From Chiloscyllium plagiosum (lineage: Eukaryota): DNA of 26,639 bases. The notes beneath the pieces are model-generated. The model saw only the letters and a program-made list of their open reading frames with translations, did not search any database and was not told the origin of the DNA. The stretch covers positions 93,387,946 through 93,414,584 of the forward strand of contig NC_057719.1 of NCBI RefSeq assembly GCF_004010195.1, given 5' to 3'. The position numbers were made by a program, and so were the translations under genes. Shown here piece by piece: positions 10,439 to 21,162 of this stretch; within the stretch, counting starts at the first letter, position 1, and every line of letters begins with the position of its first letter.

Positions 10439-11342
10439 GTGCCGTAATTTCATCCTTTATAATAGACTCCAGCATCTTTCCCACCACTGAGGTCAGACTA
10501 ACTGGTCTATAATTTCCTGCTTTCTCTCTCCCACCTTTCTTAAAAAGTGGTATAACATTAGTCACACTCCAATCCTCAGGAACAGACCCCGAAACTATCG
10601 AACTCTGGAAAATAATCACCAATGCATCCACGATTTCCCGAGCCACCTCCTTCAGTACCCTGGGATGTAGAGCATCAGGCCCCGGAGAGTTATCAACCTT
10701 CAGACCTAACAGCCTCTCCAACACCAAATCCTGGCAAATATAAATTCCCTTAAGTTCAGGTCCTTCAGCCACTGTTACCTCAGGGAGATTGCTTGTGTCT
10801 TCCCCAGTGAACACAGATCTGAAGTACCAATTCAGTTCTTCTGCCATTTCTTTGTTCCCTGTAATATATTCCCCTGTTTCTGTTTTCAAGGTCCCAATTT
10901 TAGTCTTAACCATTTTTTTTGTCTTTCGCATACCTAAAAAAACTTGCACTATCCTGCTTTATATTATTGGCCAGTTTGCCTTCGTACTTCATTTTTTCTC
11001 TGCATATTTTCTTCTTAGTTATCCTCTGTATTTCTTCAAAAGCTTCCCAGTCCTCCGTTTTCCCACTTATCTTTGCTATGTTATACTTTTTCTCTTTTAA
11101 CTTTAGATGTTTCTTAAATTTCCTCAGCAGCCACGGCCACCCATGCCTCCTCCTAGGATCTTTCTTCCTTTTTGGAATGAACTGATCCTGCAACTTCTGC
11201 ATTATACACAGAAATATCCGCCACTGTTCCTCCATCCCTGCTAAGGTATTGCACCATTGAACTTTGGCCAGCTCCTCCCTCCTAGCTCCATCGTTCCATT
11301 TATTCAACAGAAATATTGTCACTTCCGATTGTACCCTCTCCC
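10274..11342 (-). mobile_element. CR1 LINE ORF2 internal fragment (EN-RT linker and RT start), frameshifted
   Basis: SPGPDALHPRVLKEVA…PEDW…NVIPLFKKG…GNYRPVSLTSVVGKMLE…QHGF…SCLTNLLEF. Confidence 0.95.
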
Positions 11343-11922
11343 AGCAAAAAATTGAAGGTTAAATCAAATAAAGCAAGATGTTTAAGATCTGAAATGATAT
11401 TAAAAAATGCAACGAAATGAACAGAAAGTGCCGGGCAACATTTTAGAACTGAAAGCAGCTGGGAAGTAGTATGATTAATGCTGGTGACAGGGAAGTCTGC
11501 TTTGAAGGGGAGGAGGAGTGAGTTGAATGACAGAGAAAGAAAGAGAGAAAAAGAAGAAAAAGAGAAAACAAAGGGAATCAGCTGAGATGGAAATCAAATG
11601 CAAGATTCACCTCATTTATTTTTCGCCTCTCCTATCTTCCTGAATATCATGCCCATGTGGATACAGATATGGTCCATTTTTCAAAAGTTCACTTTTCGCC
11701 TCTTCCCTTTCCGAATGACTAACATTTGGTCTTTTTTCGCTAACCAAAAGAAATTGAAGAGGACTTTCACTTTTTAGAAGAAAGGCAACTTGATCCCATA
11801 TAAATGAATGCTTCTTCATCTTACGCCATATCAGCTTAAGAAAGGTTTTGTAGGAACACTCTACTTTCAGAGTGCGATGGAAACCTGTACATGTATAAGA
11901 CCATGTTTAAAGTGATTTGATT

Positions 11923-11947
11923 CCCCCCCCCCCCCCCCCCCCCCCCC
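11923..11947 (+). repeat. Poly(C)25 homopolymer
   Basis: 25 consecutive C. Confidence 0.95.
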
Positions 11948-12078
11948 GTCTGTATTCCCTGAGTGTGGTCATCTTCTTATATTCATTAATAAGATACGGG
12001 TGTCGTTGGCTGGACTAGCGTTGGTTCTCTTTCCCAGTTGCACTTGAGAGGACATTGAGTCACTGCAGTCCACATGTT

Positions 12079-12390
12079 TGATCTGATTTGATTTGATTTA
12101 TTTTAGTCAAATGTACAATGGGAAGCTTTGCTTTGATAGTAAACAAGAAAGCACAGATCCCACGGTACTTAGACAAAGTGAGGCATACAAGGCTACAGCT
12201 GCTCAGGAGGTGTCCAAAGCAAGATCGACATTCGCAAGATTAATATTATTTGAGATGTTAGTGATGTCAATTCGTCAGTCTAATTACGGTAGGGCAGAAG
12301 GTTCATGTTTTCATGCCTCTGTATCTTCCTGTTGGAAGAGGTTGTAGGAAATCATTCCCGGTTTGGGAGAGGTCTATGATGTTGACAGCG
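12079..12390 (-). mobile_element. Rex1/Babar-like LINE 3' end with (ATCAA)n-type tail, decayed
   Basis: TTGAT repeats followed by TTTATT; CTGTATCTTC…GGAAGAGGTTGTAGGA is shared with 12945-13250. Confidence 0.55.
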
Positions 12391-12589
12391 AGATGGGCAG
12401 TTCCATAATATTTAGATGTAACAAATGGATGTTAAATGGATAACCAAGTTTATCCTGGATTTTCTGGTTGCTGTTTTGACAAAAATTTCACCTATAAATT
12501 TAAATTGTGTCCACGATACCAAAACACAATTGCGTTTATTGTTTTGCCAACATCGAACCAATGAGACGTAACCTGCTTCAAACGAATAG

Positions 12590-12830
12590 AAAGCCATCGC
12601 CATCACAACGAAAGACAAAGAGAGACACGAAGGGAAGGAGAGAGAGAACACAGCGAGCGAAACAGATGGACAGTCAGATAAACAGAGGAAGGAAACAAAA
12701 CAAGGAAACAAACAGTCACAGGAAAAGGAAGAAAAAAGGATAGTAAATTTGGGGAAAGAAAGAGAAGACAGAGAAAAGGAAAACACAGTGAAACAGACAG
12801 AGTGAGAGAAACTGTGAGAGAAAAAGTACA
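12590..12830 (+). repeat. A/G-rich low-complexity tract
   Basis: Purine-rich degenerate repeats that generate spurious F/S/L-rich minus-strand ORFs. Confidence 0.8.
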
Positions 12831-12944
12831 CAGCGAGCTGGGTGTGGGGTCACAACGAGCTGGGGAAGAATGCGAGATGCTGGGAGTAAGCACTGGACGG
12901 AACTGGGAGTGAGCATTGGAAGAAGCTGAGGGAGGGAGGTGAGG

Positions 12945-13250
12945 ATTTATTGTTACCTGTATAAAGATGTTCAGGTAGATGATAGTAAGCAAAGATGAAC
13001 AGAACAATGGCTGTAAAACATATCTGAGAGGCATGTCGATTACGCTTCACAGGGCGTGTGCTAGGCGAGATCAACATGAACAAGATCAGCATTATCTGAG
13101 ATGAAAGAATCCATTCATCAGTGTCATAACAGCCAGGAAGAAGCTGTTCCTGAACTGGCTGCTCCGAGTTTTCAAGTTTCTGTATCTTCTAGCCAGAGGG
13201 AAGAGGTTGTAGGAGATCACTACTGGGGTGTGATGGGTCTTTGATAATGT
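12945..13250 (-). mobile_element. Rex1/Babar-like LINE 3' end, second copy
   Basis: GGAAGAAGCTGTTCCTGAAC…CTGTATCTTCT…GGAAGAGGTTGTAGGAGATCA; homologous to 12079-12390. Confidence 0.6.
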
Positions 13251-13415
13251 TAGGACAAAAAAACAAAGAAAATGATAGCGCAGGAACAGGCCCTATAGCT
13301 CTTCAAGCCTGTGCTTAGCCAATTCCCCTATCTAAACATGTCGCCTATTCTCTAAGGATCTGCATCCCTTTGCTCATTGCCCATTCATGAATCTTTCCAG
13401 AAACATCTTAAAAGG
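13250..13415 (-). mobile_element. CR1 3' tail fragment
   Basis: AAACAAAGAAAA…GCAGGAACAGGCCCT…CATCTTAAA, the typical antisense CR1 tail layout. Confidence 0.6.
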
Positions 13416-13419
13416 AACA

Positions 13420-14408
13420 CCACTGGTCACAGTTCGCCGAACTGGAAATTTTTGTTGCAAACGTTTCGTCCCCTGTCTAGGTGACCTCCTCAGTGCTTGG
13501 GGGCCTCCTGTGAAGCGCTTCTGTGGTGTTTCCTCCGGCATTTATAATGGCCTGTCCCTGCCGCTTCCGGTTGTCAGTTTCAGCTGTCTGCTGTAGTGGC
13601 CGGTATATTGGGCCCAGGTCGATGTGTTTGTTGATGAAGTTTGTGGATGAGTGTCATGCTTCTAGGAATTCCCTGGCTGTTCTTTGTTGGGCTTGCCCTA
13701 TAATGGTAGTGTTGTCCCAGTCGAATTCAAGTTGCTTGTCGTCTGCGTGTGTGGCTACTAAGGATAGCTGGTCATAGCGTTTCGTGGCTAGTTGATGTTC
13801 ATGTATGCGGATAGTTAGCTGTCTTCCTGTTTGTCCTATACAGTGTTTTGTGCAGTCCTTGCATGGGATTTTGTACACTACATTAGTTTTGCTCATGCTG
13901 GGTATCGGGTCCTTCATTCTGGTGAGTTGTTGTCTGAGGGTGACTGTTGGTTTGTGTGCTGTTATAAGTCCTAGTAGTCGCAGTGGTCTGGCTGTCAGTT
14001 CTGAAATGCTCCTGATGTATGGTAGTGTGGCTAGTCCTTTGGGTTGCAGCATGTCCTCGTTCCGTGGCCTTTCTCTTAGGCATCTGTTGATGAAATTGCG
14101 CGGGTATCCGTTTTTGGCGAATATCTTGTACAGGTGTTCATCTTCCTCTTTTTTGCAGTTCTGGTGTGCTGCAGTGTGTCGTGGCCCTTTTGAATAGTGT
14201 CTTGATGCAACTTCGTTTGTGTGTGTTGGAGTGGTTGCTTTCATAGTTCAGGACTTGGTCTTTGTGTGTGGCATTCCTGTATACCTTTGTGGTGAATTCT
14301 CCGTTCGGCGTTCTCTGTACCATCACGTCTAGGAATGGGAGTTGGTTATCCTTTTCTTCTTCTTCTCTCGTGAATCGGATTCCTGTTAGTGTGGCATTGA
14401 TGATCCGA
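13420..14408 (-). mobile_element. 5'-truncated Penelope-like element (RT C-terminus + GIY-YIG + pLTR), relatively young
   Basis: IRFTREEE…QLPFLDVMV…TKVYRNATH…LNYESNH; NVVYKIPCKDCTKHCIGQTGRQLTIRIHEH…REFLEA. Confidence 0.93.
13457..13496 (-). ncRNA. Minimal type I hammerhead ribozyme motif in the PLE pLTR
   Basis: Minus strand: GCA CUGAGGA G GUC-ACCU-AGAC-AGGG-GAC GAAAC GUU UGC. This gives stem I GCA/UGC, core CUGANGA, stem II, GAAA, a palindromic AACGUU in place of stem III, and an NUH site (GUU). Confidence 0.78.
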
Positions 14409-14431
14409 TAACAGGAATCCGATTCACGAGA

Positions 14432-14650
14432 GAAGAAGGTTGGGAGTTCAGCTTGTAGGAGGGAGAATCTGAAGATGTTTGTGAATACCTCTGCCAGTTG
14501 CTCCACACTGAGTGTCCAGGCAGGAACAGCGCCCAGCCCCGTCGCTTTCCATGACTTGACCTGCAGGAAGACTGATCATGCCTGTCGTGGTGACAGCGAG
14601 CACAGGTGCAACCGAGGGTGTCGGGGCAGGTTTCAGCTGGCAGTCACACA
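14432..14650 (-). mobile_element. Rex1/Babar-like LINE RT fragment
   Basis: RSVFLQVKSWKATG… and EQLAEVFTNIFRFSLLQAELPTF, compared with the Rex1-type QLAxVFTDIFNLSL…VPTCFK motif. Confidence 0.7.
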
Positions 14651-14964
14651 GTTATTCATCAAAGATATTCCGTCCCCCACCTTCCTCCGTCAACATCAAA
14701 GCACAGTGGCTTTGGTTGGTTTGAGCACCACACAGTTAGTGTCCAGACAGAGTGCCATTAATAGACTGAGATTGTGCACCATAATGAAGTAACCTCCCAA
14801 CAAAACGGGGCAGGGTGTGCTTCTACTGAGAGTCATTGGTGCAGTGAGTGAAGACTTTGCAGATGTAGTTCCAGTCAAGCCACTGCTTTAACCTGAATGG
14901 AGTCAAGCACCTTGAGTGTTGTGCCTTGTAGATGGTGGACAGTCCTTAGGGAGCCAGGAAATGT

Positions 14965-15650
14965 ATTATACATGGACAAACTGGACAAAGGACCTGAGGT
15001 CAGTTTTGCTACTTTTGCAGATTATGCAGTGATGGTTTGGTGGGCAGATGATACTGAGGAAGTAGGGAGGCTGCAGAAACACTTCGACAGTTTCAGACTG
15101 TGGGAAAACACGTGGGTGATGGAACACAATATGGAATCATGTGAGATTATGCACTTTGATAGGGGGAAGAGAGGCAGACACAATGTTCATATAGGATCCA
15201 GTAAATCTGAAAGGATTGTGAAGCCACGTTTCGTATCTTATGGTTAACGTGCAGGTTCAGTCAGTAGGTAAGAAAGCAAATGCAATGTTAGCATTCATTT
15301 CAAGAGAACAAGAATACTAGAGAGGAGATATACTGCTGAGAATGTATTGGGCTGTGGTCAGACAGCTTTTGGCATATTGTGAACTGTTTTGGACTCTATC
15401 TCTGGGAAAAGATCTGCTGGTGTTAGAGGTGATCTATCCTGGGGATGACGGGTTGTCATACGGGCGGCAGTGTGTGTACTCGATGGAAATTAGAAGAATG
15501 GCGTGGTGGGGAGGGCGTCTGATTGAAACTGATCAATTACTGCAAAGTCAGTGCGTAGAAGATATTTCCACTAGTCATACAGGCAATGACAAATGGCACA
15601 GTTTGTGAGTGAAGGAATCGGCTGAATGGTCTAAATCTATTGCTATACCT
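14965..15650 (+). mobile_element. Old CR1 LINE RT/C-terminal fragment
   Basis: DKLDKG…FADY…RLQKHFD…WVMEHNMESCEIMHF; KKANAMLAFI; YWAVVRQLLAYC. Confidence 0.8.
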
Positions 15651-16124
15651 CATGCACTTTAGGTCATAGGGTCTATTATTCAGTGCAGAATTGTAAGTCT
15701 CTGACCTGCTTTAGTAACTCTTGTATTTTTATGTTGATTTGACTTCACGTTCTGGTCAATGGTAACCCCTGTGATATGGACGGTGGGAGGATTCAGTGTC
15801 AGCCAGTAGTCCACTAATCTGTTGAATATAAGATGCTTTCTGTGAGTCTCATCTGGCAGGAGTACATTGTCTCTACGATGATTGTCATTTTCAATCTGGT
15901 ATTTTCAAAGGATTGATCCTGTTACTCCCATATTGTTGATTTTAACAAAACAGGTGCAATATATCACAACACTCGGCAACAATATGTCATCGAAAACTGA
16001 ACACCCTTCTAGTAACAGAAAAATCTAAACTGGGCAATATTAGAAGCACTGCTTTCCTGTTCGTGTTCAAATCAGATAACCTGTTCCATGGACATGATCA
16101 ACTTGGAACTATTTCTTAAAACTC

Positions 16125-19100
16125 TTTTTTTGGATGTGGATTTCGCTGGATGGGCCCAGCATTCCTTGCCCGTCTAGTTGCACTTGAGAAGGTGGTGCTG
16201 CGCAGAACTCTTGAACTGCTGCAATCCACCTGCTGTGCATTGACCCACTAATGATTAAGGAGGGAAATCCTGGGTTTTGACCCAGCAACAGTGAAGGAAC
16301 GGCGATGTATTTCCAAATCAGGATGTTGACTGGTTTGAAGAGGAATTTGATTGTAGTGGTGTTCCCAAACGTCTACTGCCCTTGTCATTCCAGATGGAAG
16401 TGGTCGCGAGATTGGAAGGAGCTGTCTGAGGATCTTTGGGGAATTTCTGCATTGTGTCTAGTAGATAATATACACTGCTGCTCCTGGGCGACCGTGGGGA
16501 AGGGAGTGAATGCTTCTGGGTGTTGTGCAAATCAAATGGGCTGCTTTGTCCTGGGTAGTATCAAGCGTTTTTAGTGTTGCTGGGACTGCACTTATTCAGG
16601 CAAGTGAAGATTATTCCATCTCATTCCATGATGTGCCTTGTAGATTATGGACAGGCTTTGGGTAGTCATGAGGTGAATGACTCACGCAGTATTCCTAGCC
16701 TCTGATCTGCTCTTATATTTATGTGGCAAGTTCAGTTGAGTTTCTGGTCAATGATAAGGTCCTGTATACTGATAGTGGGGAAAATCCGTTGTGATAATAC
16801 CACTGAATAACAAGTGTTATATTGTTTCTTATTGGTGATGGTCATTGTCTGGATTTGTGTGGCATGAATGTTACTTGCCACTTGCCAGACCAAGCCTGGA
16901 TATTCTCCAGATCTTGTTGCATTTGGGCATGAACTGCTTCTGTGTCTGAGCAATTGCGAATGCTGCTGAACATTGTGCAGTCATCGTCGAATATCCTCAC
17001 TTCTGACCTTATAATGGAAGGAAGGTCACTGTTGAGGCAGCTGAAGATGTTTGGACCTAGCACATTATCCTAAGTCACGACTGCAGAGATGTTCTGGAGC
17101 TGAGATGACTGACCTCCAACAACAATGACCATCTTCCTCTCTGTCAGGTATGACTCCAATAATGAAGTGTTGGCCCACGATACCCTTTTTGCTTGGGCTA
17201 CTTAATGACACATTTGGCAGAATGCAGCCTTGATGTCTAGGTCAGGAATTCCGTTCCTTTTTATATGTTAGAGACAAGGTTGTGATGAGATCAGGAGATG
17301 AGTGTCCCTGGCAAAACCGAAACTTGGCGGCGCTGAGTAGGTTATAGCTGAGCAGGTGCTGCTTGATAATACTGTTGATGACATCTTCCATCATTTTACT
17401 GATGATGGAGAGGACACCGATGAGGTGGTATCTGGATGAGTTGACTTTATCTTGTGTTTTATATACAGAAAATGCTTGAGCAGTATTCCCATTGTATTGT
17501 TTCTAACCGGACTGGAACAGCTTTGCTAGGGGAGTGGGACGTTCTGGTGTACAATTCTTCAGGACTATTTTCAGCATGTTATCAGGGCGCATAGCCTTTC
17601 CAGCATCCAGTGCCTTCAACCAGTTCTTGATAACAGTTAATCGAATTTGCTGAAGACTGCTATCTGTAATGATGGGGACGACTGGAGGAGGCCGAAATGG
17701 ATCATTCATTCAAAACTTCTGACTGAAACTTTGCGAAAGCTTCAGCCATATATATTGCACAGATGTACCCGGTTCTTCCATCATTGAGGATGGGGATATT
17801 TATGGAGACTCCTACTCTGGTGAGTTGTTTTATCGTCCACCGCCATTCATGATTCAATTAGCAGGACTGCAGATCTTAAATCTGATGCATTGGTTGTGGT
17901 ATAGATAAGCTCTGTCTGTCCCTTGCTGTTTATGCTATCTTGCATGCAAGTATTTCGTTTGGAAGATTCTTCAGATTGACATTTTATCTTTATATATTCC
18001 TGGTTCTGCTCCTGGCATGCCCTCATGCACTCTCCATTGAACCAGAGTTGATCCTCTGGCTTGATGGTAATGGTTGGGGTGGGGGGTGTTGGCGATATGC
18101 TGTGCCCTGACGTTATAGATTGTGCTTGAGTGCAGTTCTGCTGTTATTCATGGCCCACAGTGTGTAATGGACGCTTAGTCTTGACTTCCTAGATCTGTTC
18201 GAAGTCTGTGCCATTTAGCTTAGTGAGAGTGCCACATAACACAATAGAATTTATTCTAAATATGACCATGAGACTTTGTCTTCACAAGGACAGAATGGTG
18301 GTCACTTTCACTGAAAATGTCATGGACTGATACATCTGCAATTGGTAGATTGGTAAGGATGAGGTTAGTTTTTTTTTAACCTCTCGTTCAGTCCCTCACT
18401 ACCTTCTGCAGACCCAATCTCATAGCTATGTTCCTTAGGAACCGACCAACGTGAGCAGTAGTACTTCTGCCAAAACAGTTTTGACGGTCGACTTTTAAAG
18501 CCCTCACCCAGAAAATACTTTGTGCCCTTGCCACAGTCAGTGCTGTCTCCAAGTGTTGTTTAACATGGAGGAGGACTGATTCAGCTGAGGAACGATATGA
18601 TGTTGTAATTAGTAAAATACATCTTTGTCCATGTTTAATAGGAAGCCATGGGACTTCGTTGGGTCCCGACTCAATGTTGGGGACTCCCAGAGAAACAACC
18701 TCTCTACTGGATCGCACTGAGCTGCCCCGTCTGCTGGATCGATCCTGCCTTTGGGGCAGGACGTATCCAGGTGATGGTGATATCTTGGTTATTTCTTTAA
18801 GGTATGATTCCGTGAGTATGACTATGACAGGCTGTTGCTTGACTAGTCTGTAAGAGAGTTATCCCAATGTTAGCACAAGCTCTCAAATGATACTAAGAAA
18901 GACTTTGTAAGTTCTATAGTGATGTTTCCAATGTTGATTTTTCCGGTGCCCAATTCGATGCCAGGTGGTCAATCTGGTTTCATTTCTTCAGAACTTTGTA
19001 GCGATTGGGCACGACTGAATGAATCACTAGACCATTTCGGAAGGCGAATGAGAGTCAATCATATTGCTTTGGGTCCAGAGTTGCATGTCAGCCAGACGAC

Positions 19101-19178
19101 GTGAGGATGGGTCCACAGAACATGAGCTGCTTTTCTGGATTGATAATCTAGCGGAAATACCATTGGGCCTACTTGGAA
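16125..19178 (-). mobile_element. Near full-length decayed CR1-group LINE (APE + RT, no obvious ORF1) with a SINE-like 5' region
   Basis: APE motifs (LVKQQPVIVILTESYL; LLITTSYR…VARAQ), KALDAGKAMRPDN…PLAKLFQ, LGPNIFSC…DLPSII…FDDDCT…QQDLENIQAW..KWQVTF, and a 3' tail ending about 16125. Confidence 0.85.
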
Positions 19179-19532
19179 CCACGTGCTGTACTCAGCTGCC
19201 ATTTTTTGTGTTGCCCTGTTTTTCATTCATTACTTATGTTATTCTGGAATCTCATCTTTCATTAAGTACTGATTTAAATATACGGTCATGTACGTCTTCT
19301 CGACTGCTCGAATTTCATTCAGTCTGTTTTGTTTGAACATACATTTCAACGCACATCAGAAAAGAACATAAAATAATAATGGCTGACTGTGCACTGTACC
19401 TGTCACCGGACAAGCATGTCAGTCAAGGCACGTGAAGCATTTATTGTGGGTCAGGGACCCTCAAAATTATTATATCACAGATGGAGGCCATTCACATCAT
19501 CGTGGAATCACAAGGTCTTCAACTGCATAATT

Positions 19533-19660
19533 GGAGAGAGAGAGAGTGTGTGTGGAGATAGATGTTGCGAGAGAGAAATAAATAGAGAGAAAGAAAGTGA
19601 AGGGAGATAACCTGAGAGAGTGTAGAAACGAGAGTGACTGACTAAGTCTGAGAGGAAGAG
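19533..19660 (+). repeat. Degenerate (GA)n-rich tract
   Basis: Visible GAGA repeats. Confidence 0.7.
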
Positions 19661-19944
19661 TTGTTAGATGAGGGCCTTTGTCTGGGCGCCATACACTGTG
19701 AGCACTTTGCTGTTACTGGCTGTCATCCCAAATTACTTATTTCCAATAATATCACAGATTTGGGTTACTGACAACTAAACAGAACCCATTAGGCCAATAG
19801 ATTGGTTCCATGAAGGAAGCAGAGTTTTTAAATAGACTGTTCCAAGAACAGCAGGAAATGATAACCAACCACCCCACGCCCAGAAACTGTGTGAGAGACT
19901 GGGCAAGAGAATCTCAATGAGGGGCATCACTGACAGACGGGAAA

Positions 19945-20320
19945 TCAAGCATCTCAGCTGTGGAACAAATAATGATTGATAAATATTGTACATCACTTCC
20001 ATAGTTCTGTAATCCACGTTTCAGTTTATATAGCTCCATATCAGGAGTGCATTTTAACAACCTTATCTCATGGTAGTTTGTATACTTTGGTCTGTACAGA
20101 AAATCACTTTGTTCCTCTATTTTGTGTTGCATAATCGCATTTCATTAAAATTGACTCTGTTAATTCCTCATTGTCGATGCATCCTTGAATCTGTTCTTCA
20201 TACGAGTTATAAAGAATAACGTTCCGATGCTGGTGACTGGGGAACATCACTGTCCCTCCGCCCAGTCTGAACAGCTATGTGCCCCAGTCTTCTCCATCTT
20301 CTGTTTTTCCCCCAATGTCA
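19945..20320 (-). mobile_element. Very old CR1 fragments
   Basis: DYRTMEVMYNIYQSLFVPQL resembles the CR1 motif EYKSxEVMLxLYxxLVRPxL. Confidence 0.5.
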
Positions 20321-20811
20321 TAATCACAATATAATTAAAGTCCAGTAAATGATACTTCATCACATTTCCTTAACATCGATAACATTAACAACGTGACCCA
20401 CACCTAACCTCTCTGATCCTTGAATAACAATCTGAATTGTGTTTGTCATGTAGAATTCTCTGTTAACATAGGCATGCCGTTTGTTTGTTATAACCCACGT
20501 TTTATGAGGCACGTTTTGCCATTAGATCATGGATGATAGATGTCCTCGTAATGTTTTATTGATTTTGCATTGTACTGATTTTGATCTGTAGTTACAAGAT
20601 TAATTTCTCTATTCATGAGCAGATAAGAATGTTTATGCTAAACCTCTGGCATTACTTCCATATCCAACGCAGACTGAATGATTACACACAATCAATCTGC
20701 CATCTCCAACATTCCTTCGTTCAGTAACACCAACATATCACATTCAGAATGCATAAATGTTCAAAGTTATTTTGAAGTTTAATAAAACAGTATTGAATTC
20801 AAAGGGGTTAA

Positions 20812-21000
20812 CTGGAGATATTTGTTCAGCGATTGTGATTATATCAGTCTCCATGGATCCTATGCTTCCCGAGAGAGTTTCTCTCTTCTGCCAATACGGG
20901 AATGCTTTCAGGGTCTTATCCCATAGTATGTGTGGGTGCATCACCCACACCAGTAACAGGGATCAGTCGCTTCAGAGAGAGGTGAAGGAGAGATGAGAAT
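20812..21000 (+). promoter_or_regulatory. Putative promoter/5' UTR module conserved between the two GPCR paralogues
   Basis: 20821-20840 matches 7849-7868 at 17/20 nt; collinear blocks TCTCCATG, G(A/G)GAG(A/G)GTTTC(T/C)CTCT, TATCCCA and GTAA.AG.GATCAG are shared. Confidence 0.5.
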
Positions 21001-21014
21001 CTGGGATCATTAAA

Positions 21015-21162
21015 CTGGAATATTCCAGCAATTGGCAGAGTTTATCCTGGAGTCTTTATTGGCTTTCCAAGCCTTGGCTATCATTAGGATCGTGGATTGA
21101 TGATGTACTGATGGTTATTCAAGTTGGTTACTATCCTATCCTTGCTATAGTTGGTGTTCCTG
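21015..21162 (+). CDS. First coding exon (N-terminus and first part of TM1) of a GPR139/GPR142-like class A GPCR; partial gene
   Basis: Frame open from 20997: LEYSSNWQSLSWSLYWLSKPWLSLGSWIDDVLMVIQVGYYPILAIVGVP+G, then a consensus donor GTAAGT at 21163 (phase 1). IQxxYYPxLAxVGVP is the pattern I recognise from cartilaginous-fish GPR139-like receptors. The start is uncertain (CTG 21015 or ATG 21111). No exon 2 was seen in the window. Confidence 0.78.

Noticed and set aside
12412..13092. Long overlapping hydrophobic ORFs on the minus strand
   Set aside because: Artefacts of a purine-rich low-complexity tract.
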